Below are positions 52,564 to 61,736 of a stretch of 64,000 bases of DNA, in pieces. Each line of letters begins with the position of its first letter. The first letter of the stretch is position 1. Made by a program: the position numbers and the translations under genes. The DNA is from Planctomycetota bacterium (GTDB taxonomy: Bacteria > Planctomycetota > JBFWNO01): the NCBI GenBank assembly GCA_050251015.1, contig JBFWNO010000003.1, forward strand, positions 1,411 to 65,410, in the 5' to 3' direction. The notes under the pieces were generated by a model. That model was not told the origin of the DNA. It searched no databases and was given only the letters and a program-made list of their open reading frames with translations.

Positions 52564-54098
52564 ACGTGATCATCTGGTCGAGGGTCTCTTCGCGCGAGCA
52601 GAAGGACGGGTATTCCATCGATGCGCAGCTCAGGGCCTGCCGAGAGCTCGCCAACCGGGCCAAATGGACCGTGGTGAAGGAGTTCACGGTGGTCGAGAGC
52701 GCCAAGCGCGGTGCCGAACGTGTGGCCTTCAACGGCATGCTCCAATGGATCGGCCAGCACTCCAAGACCGAGAAGATCGAGGGCCTGGTGGCCCACAAGC
52801 TCGACCGCATCTGCCGCAACATCCGCGACGCCGTGCGGGTGCAGGAGCTCAAGGACAAGCTGGGGCTGGAGCTATCGTTCGTGGAGAACCAGTTCGGTCC
52901 CGGGGCCGCCGGGATGCTCTCTTTCAATGTCATGGCCAGCGTGTCCCAGTACTATTCCGACAACCTCAAATCCGAGGTCATCAAGGGCATCGACGAGCGC
53001 GTCCGGCAGGGCTGGCCCCAGGGCCGGGCACCCTACGGCTACAAGAACACATCCGAGCGCCAATGCCCGGTGGTGCCGGATCCCATCAAGGCTCCTGTGG
53101 TCATGAGGATATTCGAGCTCTTCTCCACGGGCCGCCACACCATCGACTCCCTGCGCCAGACCCTGAACGCCGAGGGGCTGCATTACCTTCCCAGCATCCC
53201 CCATTTCCAGCGCACCCACATCGCCCGCATCCTCAACAACCGCATGTATATCGGCGAACTGCGCCACGGGGAGAAGGTGTTCCAGGGCCGCTACCAGCTC
53301 ATCATCACCCCCCACATGTTCCAGCAATGCCAGGACATCCTCGTCGGGAGGCGCCGCCAGCTGGGCAAACCCAAGATCCTGTTCTCCGGCGGGATCATCC
53401 GCTGTGGCCACTGCGGACAGGCCATGACCGGCGAGCTGATCCGGCGCAAACTGCGCAAGGGAGGCACGCGGCCGCATGTCTACTACAAGTGCGTAAACCG
53501 CTACATCCCCGAGGGTCATCCCAGATCCGTGCGGATTAGCGAAGAGTCGATGGTGGACACCATCCGCAGGGAGTTCGCCTCCCTCAAGATGACCCCCGAA
53601 GTGGCGGACTGGATGCGGCAAACGATCCACGCCGTATTCGGCCAACGGGCCACCCTGTGGGCCCAACGCGCGCGCACCCTAGCCAAGCGCCGGGAGGACC
53701 TGGAACGCCGCAAGGAACGCCTATTGGATTCGTATATCGACGGGAAACTCGACGAGGCGGCCTACAACGAGCGTCTATCCAGGGCAAACGCCGAATTGAG
53801 CGAGGTGGCCCACCACGTGGAGACAATGGGACTCGAACCGCAGGCCGGCGAGGTGGAACGGATCCAGGAGATCTTCGAATTCAGCCAGAAAATCGACTTG
53901 TTGTGGAACGGTTCGAGCTTTGAGGGAAAGCGTGAGATCCTCAGAATGATCAGCTCGAACCGAGATGTGATCGACGGAAGTCTAAAGCTCACAAAGACTT
54001 GCGCCTTTGATGTGCTCGAAAAATTCGCTAAAAATAAAATTGGCGAGGATGAAGGGACTCGAACCCTCGACCTCCGCCGTGACAGGGCGGCGCTCTAA
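52560..54098 (+). CDS. large serine recombinase (phage integrase)
   Basis: Start at MNVIIW (52560). Catalytic region IIWSRVSSREQKDGYSIDAQ, resolvase core, recombinase domain, zinc ribbon CGHCGQAMTG...YYKC, long coiled coil. The last 58 nt overlap the tRNA-Asp gene on the other strand. Confidence 0.9.
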   Translation: MNVIIWSRVSSREQKDGYSIDAQLRACRELANRAKWTVVKEFTVVESAKRGAERVAFNGMLQWIGQHSKTEKIEGLVAHKLDRICRNIRDAVRVQELKDKLGLELSFVENQFGPGAAGMLSFNVMASVSQYYSDNLKSEVIKGIDERVRQGWPQGRAPYGYKNTSERQCPVVPDPIKAPVVMRIFELFSTGRHTIDSLRQTLNAEGLHYLPSIPHFQRTHIARILNNRMYIGELRHGEKVFQGRYQLIITPHMFQQCQDILVGRRRQLGKPKILFSGGIIRCGHCGQAMTGELIRRKLRKGGTRPHVYYKCVNRYIPEGHPRSVRISEESMVDTIRREFASLKMTPEVADWMRQTIHAVFGQRATLWAQRARTLAKRREDLERRKERLLDSYIDGKLDEAAYNERLSRANAELSEVAHHVETMGLEPQAGEVERIQEIFEFSQKIDLLWNGSSFEGKREILRMISSNRDVIDGSLKLTKTCAFDVLEKFAKNKIGEDEGTRTLDLRRDRAAL

Positions 54099-54117
54099 CC
54101 AGCTGAGCTACATCCCC
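54041..54117 (-). tRNA. tRNA-Asp (anticodon GUC), CCA encoded
   Basis: Minus strand: GGGGATG TA GCTC AGCTGGTTA GAGC G CCGCC CTGTCAC GGCGG AGGTC GAGGG TTCGAGT CCCTT CATCCTC G CCA. All four stems pair. Anticodon loop is CU-GUC-AC. Confidence 0.9.
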
Positions 54118-54125
54118 GCGCTATA

Positions 54126-54160
54126 GGAAAAAGACCCGGTTCCGCGGGAAACCGGGTCTC
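54126..54160 (-). terminator. rho-independent terminator downstream of 54198..55421
   Basis: Minus strand reads GAGACCCGGTTTCCCGCGGAACCGGGTCTTTTTCC: a 9-bp GC-rich stem followed by a T5 run. A second small hairpin, GGCCCCATTCCGGGGCC, lies just upstream. Confidence 0.65.
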
Positions 54161-54197
54161 AGATTATATCGAAGGCCCCGGAATGGGGCCACACCCT

Positions 54198-55421
54198 CTA
54201 CTCGGCGGGTTCGGGTTCCGGCTCGGGGGCGGGCTCGGGAGCAGGCTCCACTTCGTCCTCCTCCATGGCCGAATCCTCGTCTTCCCCTTCTTCGTCGTCG
54301 GTATTGCCATTGTTTTCCTTAGGGGCGTCCTTGACCGCACCGGCCGCCGGGAGCCCCTTGATGATGTCCATCAGATCGTCCACAGGGCGGAGCATGGTCT
54401 CGCCGCTGGAGACCACCTGGCCCGTGGGTGTGGTCACCGTGCCGCTGAGGATCATGCCCACGGCCTTGCCCTGGGCATCAAAGGCCGGGGTCCCCACCAA
54501 ACGGCTGTTCACAAACGTCATCCCGTATTGGAGCTTGGGGCTGGTGATCACGCCATTGACCTGGAAGGGCATGAAAAAGGGCGTGTACTTCTGAGGTTCC
54601 CCATAGCGGCCGAAGGCCACCAACTTGTCTCCCATGCGCAGGGGGCGGGGGGCAAAGGTGACGTGCTTGAATTGGAACTTGGCTGCCGCAACCGGCTTGT
54701 CCTTCGCGGGCTCGTCGGAATCCTCTGCGGGAAATGCTGGTTTCACCGGCTCTTCAGGAGCCGAGGGCTCTTCGGGAACGGCAGGTTCTTCGCCGGGTTC
54801 CTCGATATCGCCATGGTCTTCGTGGACAAAGGAGGAAGGCTTGACCTCACTCCCGGTGTCCTCATCTTCGGATTCCTCGCCTGATTCATCCGTCTTGTCC
54901 TCGGGGGCCGGAGCGGCGGGCTTCTCCTCTTCGGTTTCATCGGCCTCGGGTTCATCCGCCTCTGGCTCCTCGTCACCAGGTTCAACCTGGGAAGGCTCCT
55001 TGAAAGGATCTTCATCGGCACCCTCTTCCTCTTCATGGGTGATCCTGAGGAAGGCGTAATCCTTTTCCGCATCCTTGTAGACCTGCTTGGCAGAATAGGT
55101 CTTTTCACCCACCATCACGCGAAAATCCCTGGAATGCACTGTGATCTGCATGCCCTGCTGTTCCATGGGGCCGGGGTTCACGTGGGAATTGGGCACCAGC
55201 ACCACGCCATCCTCCGCCACGATGGTCCCCAGGGTTTCCATCTTGCGGGTCCGCTCCTGCTGGCCGAAACGGATATCGGCGTTGAACTTCACCACCACCA
55301 CAGCTGAAGCCACCTCCTCGCGGATTGTGTCGAGCTGGTCGGGCCCCCAATCTTCGGCCGAAAGGGTGGCCACACCCAAAACGAGGGCTAGGGCGAATCG
55401 GAGGCGGGGTAGAAGCTTCAT
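54198..55421 (-). CDS. secreted, highly acidic, degenerate trypsin/HtrA-like protein
   Basis: Start chosen at MKLLPRLRFALALVLGVATLSA (signal peptide; the ORF is open to 55487). His-box-like DGVVLVPNSHV, but SRLVGTPAFDAQGKAVGMI occupies the place of GNSGGP. Long D/E/P-rich insert and tail (EPAPEPAPEPEPEPAE). Confidence 0.6.
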   Translation of the reverse strand: MKLLPRLRFALALVLGVATLSAEDWGPDQLDTIREEVASAVVVVKFNADIRFGQQERTRKMETLGTIVAEDGVVLVPNSHVNPGPMEQQGMQITVHSRDFRVMVGEKTYSAKQVYKDAEKDYAFLRITHEEEEGADEDPFKEPSQVEPGDEEPEADEPEADETEEEKPAAPAPEDKTDESGEESEDEDTGSEVKPSSFVHEDHGDIEEPGEEPAVPEEPSAPEEPVKPAFPAEDSDEPAKDKPVAAAKFQFKHVTFAPRPLRMGDKLVAFGRYGEPQKYTPFFMPFQVNGVITSPKLQYGMTFVNSRLVGTPAFDAQGKAVGMILSGTVTTPTGQVVSSGETMLRPVDDLMDIIKGLPAAGAVKDAPKENNGNTDDEEGEDEDSAMEEDEVEPAPEPAPEPEPEPAE

Positions 55422-55440
55422 GTTGCGGTTCCTTTCCAAG

Positions 55441-57549
55441 TTATTCCCACTCAGGTTCTGTATAGGCCACGGCTGTGGCGTTTCCACGGCGCAGAAGGAA
55501 CCTCACCCTCTTGGGCTTCTCCTTCTTGATGTCGTCCATCACGGCCTTGAATTCCTCAATGGTTCGGGGAGACTTCCCGGCAATCTCCAGGATGAGATCG
55601 CCCTGCCATAGGCGATTGGCCACCCAGCCATGGGGATCCACTTCGGTGACCACGAGGCCTTTGGTGTCTTTTTCCCAGTGGTTGCCCAGGATGTCATAAA
55701 AGGTGATGTCACGCACGCCAAAGGAAAAATCCTTGTCGCTTGTGGACGCCACCAGATCCGGGGTGCGCGGAGCCACTTCAAGCTTCACACCGACCTTCAA
55801 CGCGGCTCCGCCGCGAAGCACCGTGAATTCCACGGTCTCGCCGACCTTCTGCGTTTGCAGAAGCTGGAGGAACACCTGGGAGTGGCCCTGCTCTGTGGCA
55901 TTCACAGGTTGGCCCGCCACGTGGGTGATGATGTCTCCAACCTTGAAATCCGAGGACTCGGCCAGAGTGTTGGGGAAAATCCGCGTGATGCGCACTCCCT
56001 TGACCTTTTTGCCGAGCTTGAGCTCACGTCGGAGGTCGGTGACAAGGACCTGGGTGTCGATCCCCAGCCATGGCCTCTTGATGTCCTCGGGCGTCTTGTC
56101 TTTTTCACCCTTGAACTTCATGATCCCCAGGAAGCTCGAATCGCCGTTGGTGTAGTGGAACACCAGGTTGTACTTGTCCTTGCGATCGGCATATTGAGCA
56201 TAGACCTTCGCAAAATCGTCGAGGTTCCGGATCGGGGTCTCACCGACCTGGGTGATCACCATGTCGTCGATGCCGGGCTCGATCTGGGAGGCAATATCAC
56301 GCACACCCGTCACGAAGACACCATCCGATGTGGGAAGTTCGGCATCACGCTGGAGGAGAGGGGAGATGTTCGCGGCCGTCATGCCCCAGGCCCGGAATTC
56401 GCGCTCATCCGCCCAGTCATCCTCAAGAGCCGTTCCCCGGTAGGTGATGTCGAGCATCTTCCCGTCCCTCTTGACCGACAATGTCACCTCTTGCCCCACG
56501 GGCACCTCGCTGGCCTTGCAATAGAAGGGGGCCAAATCCTCGAGGAAGCGGGCTGTGACGCTCTGGCTGTTGACCTTCATGATGAAGTCCCCGGCGCGAA
56601 GACCTGCGAGCCCCGCCGGGCTGCGCTGGTCGACATTGAGGACCAGGATCCCCGCGTCTTCGCCGGTGTCCTTGATGGTGGCGCAATTGAAACCGAGGTT
56701 GCAGCGTACGACCTTCCCGGCCTTGAGGAGCTGGTCGAAGACATTGCGGGCAATGTCGGAAGGAATGGCGAAATACATACCCGGGGCACCCCCCAGTTCG
56801 TTGATCCCGATGACCTCACCCTTGAGGTTCACCAAGGGACCTCCGCTATTGCCGGGATTGATGCTGGCATCATGTTGGAGCCAGTTGGTGTACTGGCCTG
56901 TGCGGTGGCGGCCCAGACGTTGGATACCCTCGCCAGAACCATCGCTCATCTGCCTGTCGAGGTTGGACATCACCCCCATCGTCAGGGAGCGCGAAAGGCC
57001 GCGGGGGGATCCCATGGCCAGCACAATGTCACCGATAGCCATCTCGGAAGACTTGCCGAAGGTTCCGATGGGCACGGGGCTGAAGTCCTTGGCCTTGCTC
57101 AGGTCGAGCTTGAGCACCGCGAGGTCGGTGGCGTAATCCTCACCCACAAGCGTGGCGGGGACCTCTTCCTTGTTGGAGAGCATGCAGATGTATTTCTTGG
57201 CGCTCTGGGTGACATGGGCATTGGTGATCACATGACCCTCGGGGGTCATGATCGTGCCACTGCCAATGCCCCCGGTCTTCACTTTGCGTCCCCTATTGAA
57301 CTCCTCCGGAAAGGCATAAATGGTCACAAGCGCGGGAAAGACCTTCGACTTGGCATTCTCGATCATGGTTTTGATGTTGGCTGAAGAAGCGGACGCCGGT
57401 TTTTTAGCCTGGCTTCCAGCCGGCTTTGAGTTCAAGACCGGGGCGGGTTCAACGGGCTGCGATGTCGAAGGATGATCGGAAGGAGCCTCACCACATGACA
57501 CCACCAGGAACCAGCCAGCAATCAACCAGGGGGATCGTGAACGTGTCAT
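55441..57549 (-). CDS. HtrA/DegP-family periplasmic serine protease with multiple PDZ-like domains
   Basis: 702 aa. Catalytic triad contexts GHVITNAHV, TDLAVLKL, GNSGGPLVNLKGEVIGIN. N-terminal lipoprotein-like signal (WLIAGWFLVVSCG). Confidence 0.9.
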   Translation of the reverse strand: MTRSRSPWLIAGWFLVVSCGEAPSDHPSTSQPVEPAPVLNSKPAGSQAKKPASASSANIKTMIENAKSKVFPALVTIYAFPEEFNRGRKVKTGGIGSGTIMTPEGHVITNAHVTQSAKKYICMLSNKEEVPATLVGEDYATDLAVLKLDLSKAKDFSPVPIGTFGKSSEMAIGDIVLAMGSPRGLSRSLTMGVMSNLDRQMSDGSGEGIQRLGRHRTGQYTNWLQHDASINPGNSGGPLVNLKGEVIGINELGGAPGMYFAIPSDIARNVFDQLLKAGKVVRCNLGFNCATIKDTGEDAGILVLNVDQRSPAGLAGLRAGDFIMKVNSQSVTARFLEDLAPFYCKASEVPVGQEVTLSVKRDGKMLDITYRGTALEDDWADEREFRAWGMTAANISPLLQRDAELPTSDGVFVTGVRDIASQIEPGIDDMVITQVGETPIRNLDDFAKVYAQYADRKDKYNLVFHYTNGDSSFLGIMKFKGEKDKTPEDIKRPWLGIDTQVLVTDLRRELKLGKKVKGVRITRIFPNTLAESSDFKVGDIITHVAGQPVNATEQGHSQVFLQLLQTQKVGETVEFTVLRGGAALKVGVKLEVAPRTPDLVASTSDKDFSFGVRDITFYDILGNHWEKDTKGLVVTEVDPHGWVANRLWQGDLILEIAGKSPRTIEEFKAVMDDIKKEKPKRVRFLLRRGNATAVAYTEPEWE

Positions 57550-57570
57550 AGTTTTTGGGTCCTTTCAGAG

Positions 57571-58146
57571 GTGGGGATTATACGCACTGGGAGGTATCAT
57601 GGTGTCATGTGGTTCAGAAGGAAAACCCCCGGCCCCTATGACCATCTGAGCCCCGAACAGGGCCCCCCGGAGGGGTCCGAAATTCGAAGCGCATCGACCC
57701 CACTGATGCCCACCATGGGACGGATTCTTTCCCGTGATGGAGTGGAAGGCGATGTGGTATGGCTGAGCGTCTCCAGAACCTTCGCCAACTGCCCCCCCAG
57801 TACGCCCTGGGCCATGACCATCGGCCTTCTCAAGGAACTCGACAAAAGCGGCATCATCACGCTTCCCTCCGCATTCATCAGCCACCGTGGAGCGCTCCCC
57901 GGACTGGAACAAGCCTCGGCCGGCCTGCCCCCCCTGCGCCTGGACTTCCGCCTCGAAAGCCTGATCCACGTGCCTGAGGATGATGATGCCTGCTATGGGT
58001 CCACCTTGAACCTCACCTGGTTCTGCGAGGAGGCCCATGCTTGGTTGACCCCCTTCCGCGAGGCCGCCAAGAAATCCCTGGACTGGAAGAAGCATTGTCA
58101 GCCCATGTTCCGGGATTCGCCAAGGCGTCGCAACGCCCCGATATAG
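57571..58146 (+). CDS. hypothetical protein
   Basis: 191-aa ORF, preferred over the overlapping antisense 273-aa ORF (57565..58386), which is G/P/A/R-rich. The start may be the internal MWFRRK. Confidence 0.4.
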   Translation: MGIIRTGRYHGVMWFRRKTPGPYDHLSPEQGPPEGSEIRSASTPLMPTMGRILSRDGVEGDVVWLSVSRTFANCPPSTPWAMTIGLLKELDKSGIITLPSAFISHRGALPGLEQASAGLPPLRLDFRLESLIHVPEDDDACYGSTLNLTWFCEEAHAWLTPFREAAKKSLDWKKHCQPMFRDSPRRRNAPI

Positions 58147-58192
58147 AGAGAGGTAGAAACTCTCAAGATGCCCCCCTCCCGGAGCCGAACCC

Positions 58193-59464
58193 TTGAGCTG
58201 GGAGGCTCTTGGTTTGATCCTGAAAATCGACATCCGGCGCCAGAGCATCATCATGATGACCTTGGGGTTTGTTTCCGCGGCTGGCACCGGGGTGGTGATC
58301 GGCGATCTTGTCCATGCCGGGTACCGCGCCCTGCATCCCGCCGCTTTCCTGGTGGCCGGGGCCAACATGGCCCTGTGGCTGATCATCCATCACCTTCGAA
58401 AGCACCCCCCCCAGACCATCATCAAAGGGGCCGACCCCCAGGTGGTGCGCGATCTGGAAGGCCGCATGCAGAGCCTGCAATGGCAGGTGGAACTGCTCAC
58501 GGCGCTCCGTGAAATGGGCCGTGTGGTCAGCCACAGCACCAACTTCCAGCAGATGATCTCGGAAGTCTTCGTGATCATGGACGGCCTCTTGAACTCCGAA
58601 AGCATGACCCTTTTCATCCCCGACGACACCAAAAACCTCCTACCGGCGGCCCGCAAGGTGAGGCAGAAGATCCTGTTCGGGGCCGACATCAAGGAAGCCG
58701 ATCTCACAAATGTCAACGAGTCGGCCGAGAACCTCTGCACCCTCAGAATCCTTGAGGGAGACCGCCTGCACCTGACGACACCCCTCGTGGCCGACAACGA
58801 GTTCATCGGCGTTCTCAGCCTGGAGCTCCGCCTGTTCGGGGAGCGTGACCAGCGTCAAAGGGAAACGGAACGCTATGAATCCATCCTGTTGGACATGGTC
58901 AAGCATGTGGCCTTGGTGATCAAGACAGACAATCTGCACATGCAGGGGATCGTGGACGCCCTTACCGGCCTCTACAGCAAGCGCCACTTCATCGAGGAAA
59001 GCCGCACCTCGATCCAGACGGCCCAACGCAGCGACATCCCCCTCTCCCTGGTGATGATCGATATCGACCACTTCAAGAAGGTCAACGACACCCATGGCCA
59101 TCTCACAGGCGATCTGGTGCTGAGGGGAGTCTCGAACATCGTCCGCGAGATGCTCCGCCAGGGAGACAGGGCCTACAGGTTCGGTGGCGAGGAAATCGCC
59201 GTGCTCCTGAAAGGCTCGGGGCCCAAGGCCGCCATGCAGGTGGCCGAGAGGATCCGCCGTCGCGTGGAAACCGAGGTCATGCGCACGGAAAGCGGCGGGC
59301 CGATTTCCGTGACCCTGTCCCTGGGTGTGACGGCTTATCACCCTGGGGTGAAGGATGAAACCGAACTGGTGAGCGAAGCCGACAAGGCCCTCTACGCCTG
59401 CAAACGGAGTGGACGGAACCAGGTGCGTTTCTACGAGCCAGAGGGCTCACCCCGTGGGAACTAA
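58193..59464 (+). CDS. membrane-anchored GAF-GGDEF diguanylate cyclase
   Basis: N-terminal TM helices. GAF-like middle region (ISEVFVIMDGLLNSESMTLFIPDD). GGDEF domain: DIDHFKKVNDTHGH, RFGGEEIAVLL. The N-terminal start is uncertain. Confidence 0.85.
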   Translation: MSWEALGLILKIDIRRQSIIMMTLGFVSAAGTGVVIGDLVHAGYRALHPAAFLVAGANMALWLIIHHLRKHPPQTIIKGADPQVVRDLEGRMQSLQWQVELLTALREMGRVVSHSTNFQQMISEVFVIMDGLLNSESMTLFIPDDTKNLLPAARKVRQKILFGADIKEADLTNVNESAENLCTLRILEGDRLHLTTPLVADNEFIGVLSLELRLFGERDQRQRETERYESILLDMVKHVALVIKTDNLHMQGIVDALTGLYSKRHFIEESRTSIQTAQRSDIPLSLVMIDIDHFKKVNDTHGHLTGDLVLRGVSNIVREMLRQGDRAYRFGGEEIAVLLKGSGPKAAMQVAERIRRRVETEVMRTESGGPISVTLSLGVTAYHPGVKDETELVSEADKALYACKRSGRNQVRFYEPEGSPRGN

Positions 59465-60311
59465 ATCCCCCGATCGCAAGGCCTTTGACAGGCAAGGCTT
59501 CACCGTGGTCCGGGGCCTGCTTCCTTCCACCCTGCGCAAAGCCATGCTCATCACCGCCTGCCGGATCTTCGGCATGCAGGCGGACAAGCTTGGGCTTTCC
59601 CCCTCCCCCCAAAAGGGCAGTCCCCTGCAGGAACTCGACACGCTCAGCACTCTGCTCGATGAGCATGACCCCGACGCCTTCAGCTGGGCCCAGGACATGG
59701 TTTCGCAAAGCCACGCCGCCGCCAGGATGGGCACCGCCAAGGTCCTGACCCAATCCGTGTCCCGACTCCTGGCATGCCCGGAAGAGGCCCTTCTCCGTGA
59801 AGGAGGGCGCCTGGTGCCCAGCCTCCCCGGGAACACGCGCAGGCTCTACACCTGGCATTCGGAGGCCAGCTGGCTGCCTCTCAGGCGAAACTTCGTGAAC
59901 ATCTGGACTCCGTTGTTCAGGCCCAAAAGCCGTGGAGGGGGATCCATGTGGTTGGTCCCCGGCAGTCATCGGAGGGAACCCTGGCCCTTCATCGAATGGC
60001 GGGGCCACGGCGAGGACACCCTGGGTCGCAAGGACCATTACCTGCAATACGATGTCCCGGAATCCGAGATCCGGGGACTGCCCGGCATCTGCGTCGATGC
60101 GGAACCCGGTGACGTGGTGTTCTTCCACCGCAATCTTCTTCACCGGAGCGAGCTCAACGAAAGCCCCCATCCCACCTACATCTGGGTCGATAGGCATTTC
60201 GACTTGAGGGCCGACCCCACGCTTTCCTCCAACATCAATATCCGCCCCTATTCCCCCGAGAGTGTCCTCGCCGGCAGGCCCGGCTTGCGTCTGCCCAGAC
60301 CCCGGGCGTGA
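59454..60311 (+). CDS. PhyH-like Fe(II)/2-oxoglutarate dioxygenase, putative
   Basis: Start chosen at GTG 59454. FDRQGFTVVRGLL N-terminus, YTWHSEASW and VVFFHRNLLHRSELNES are consistent with the HxD/E...H facial triad of the PhyH family. Confidence 0.5.
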   Translation: MGTKSPDRKAFDRQGFTVVRGLLPSTLRKAMLITACRIFGMQADKLGLSPSPQKGSPLQELDTLSTLLDEHDPDAFSWAQDMVSQSHAAARMGTAKVLTQSVSRLLACPEEALLREGGRLVPSLPGNTRRLYTWHSEASWLPLRRNFVNIWTPLFRPKSRGGGSMWLVPGSHRREPWPFIEWRGHGEDTLGRKDHYLQYDVPESEIRGLPGICVDAEPGDVVFFHRNLLHRSELNESPHPTYIWVDRHFDLRADPTLSSNINIRPYSPESVLAGRPGLRLPRPRA

Positions 60312-61717
60312 AGAGCCCGTTTCTCATCCGGGAGTCGAGGATCTACGACCCCAAGGGGGCTCAGGCCCCTGTGTTGAGGGAAGTCCTCGCGAAAAGGTTG
60401 TCCCTGCTACCTGGCCTGCCCACAGGGCTCATCATGGAACTGGACCTGGCCCAGCCCCTTGTGGATCTCAACCTGGCAACAGACATGATCGGACTCTGCC
60501 ACCGTTCCGGCCGGTCCGTTGTTTCGGAAGGCGCCGTGCCGGGAACCTCCCCCCTGCTGGTCCGGCGCGACAATCCAAGCCCCGCGCCTCCCATCACCTG
60601 CCACACCGGCACCCAAAGCCATTACAACAGCCAGCTGGATGTGCGACGCGGCAAGCGCCTCAAGGTCTTCCTCTCCCTTTTGAAACGATTTCCTGACCTG
60701 CCCACCTGGGACCTTACGCGAATCCTCGACTACCTGGGTTCCGAGGATGGAACCCGCCTTGTCCTCTCCTATGGAGAGGAGATCCGCTGGGAACCCACGG
60801 GAGGCTGTCCCCATTGCCGGCAGAATCATGGGGTTTGGCTGCCACTTGACGGAGGCCAGAGCGTGATCGGCTTCCTGACCCGCTCCAGCCCTGTGTACCG
60901 ACGTTGCCATCCCTGCGGATTGGTGTACCTTGATCCCCAACCCTCAGAAGCTGACCTTCCCAAGTTTTACGACCACTGGGACCTTGAGGGAGAGGCAACA
61001 CTCCAAGACCCCTCCACCGCCTCCTACCGCGAACATTTCCACATCGGCCTGACCTCACTGGCCCAGGGCCTGCCACCCTCGGCCAGGATCCTTGACCTCG
61101 GGGGAGGAACTGGGGCCTTTGCCCGCCTGGCCCGTCGACAGCACCCTGGTTGGACGGTGGAGGTGGCCGACCATCGGGCCCCTCCCGGGGACTTGGGCTC
61201 CGAGGGAATCAAGGCCCATGCCGGGGATTTCACCCGGATGAATTTTGGACGGGGAACTTATGACTTGGTGACCCTTTGGGAGGTGGTGGAACACCTCCGG
61301 TTCGAGAGGCTCTTGCCTCTCCTGAAATCGATCCGCGGTTGGCTCCAACCTGGCGGACGCTTGATCATTTCAACACCCGATTTTGAGGCTCCTTCGGCCC
61401 GGGCCGCCGAATTCTGGGCGGCCTTCCCCCCCCATCATCTGACGGTGTTGTCTGAAAGCGTCTTGGAACCCCTGTGGATCGAGGCGGGATTTTCCCTGCG
61501 AGCCAAGGGCAGGGCCTCCTTGGCGACAGCCGAAGGGGCCGGTTGGGTCTCCTACCAATCCCGCTGTGCCCCCTCAATGGGACATAGGGCCGAGGCCACC
61601 CTGCTTTCCAAGATCCTGGGGTCGAAATCATCGGGCCCTATGGCCCGCGAGGTCCTGTCTAAAGAAGGTCAGGGAAGTGAAATGATCCTGTGTTTGGAGG
61701 CCCTGCACAGCGAATGA
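60308..61717 (+). CDS. class I SAM-dependent methyltransferase with N-terminal extension and Cys4 cluster
   Basis: RILDLGGGTGAFARLARR (motif I), YDLVTLWEVVEHL, GGRLIISTP. Preceded by CPHCRQNHG...CHPCG. GTG start overlapping the previous stop. Confidence 0.7.
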   Translation: MKSPFLIRESRIYDPKGAQAPVLREVLAKRLSLLPGLPTGLIMELDLAQPLVDLNLATDMIGLCHRSGRSVVSEGAVPGTSPLLVRRDNPSPAPPITCHTGTQSHYNSQLDVRRGKRLKVFLSLLKRFPDLPTWDLTRILDYLGSEDGTRLVLSYGEEIRWEPTGGCPHCRQNHGVWLPLDGGQSVIGFLTRSSPVYRRCHPCGLVYLDPQPSEADLPKFYDHWDLEGEATLQDPSTASYREHFHIGLTSLAQGLPPSARILDLGGGTGAFARLARRQHPGWTVEVADHRAPPGDLGSEGIKAHAGDFTRMNFGRGTYDLVTLWEVVEHLRFERLLPLLKSIRGWLQPGGRLIISTPDFEAPSARAAEFWAAFPPHHLTVLSESVLEPLWIEAGFSLRAKGRASLATAEGAGWVSYQSRCAPSMGHRAEATLLSKILGSKSSGPMAREVLSKEGQGSEMILCLEALHSE

Positions 61718-61736
61718 CTTGGGGTAAAATGCCCCC

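Larger units (their letters stand above)
27054..54098. mobile_element. integrated siphovirus-like prophage (about 27 kb) bounded on the right by a serine recombinase gene overlapping tRNA-Asp
   Basis: Contiguous, co-oriented structural, packaging and replication modules (see CDS entries) plus a large serine recombinase reading into the tRNA gene. The left boundary is taken as the tail-fibre stop and is uncertain. Confidence 0.8.

Noticed and set aside
30808-53539. Series of long antisense or off-frame ORFs inside prophage genes (30808..31758, 34799..35692, 36783..37694, 38785..39834, 42531..43517, 47974..48807, 50241..51080, 52664..53539)
   Set aside because: Each overlaps a CDS with recognisable phage motifs on the other strand or frame. 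All are R/P/G/A-rich and lack motifs, as expected for high-GC sequence with few stop codons.
55630-57384. 584-aa plus-strand ORF across the HtrA gene
   Set aside because: Antisense to a CDS with a complete catalytic triad and PDZ regions. G/H/R/D/L-rich junk composition.
57565-58386. 273-aa minus-strand ORF overlapping 57571..58146 and the start of the GGDEF gene
   Set aside because: G/P/A/R-rich and overlapping two plus-strand ORFs. The plus-strand reading gives more protein-like sequence, though neither reading has a decisive motif.
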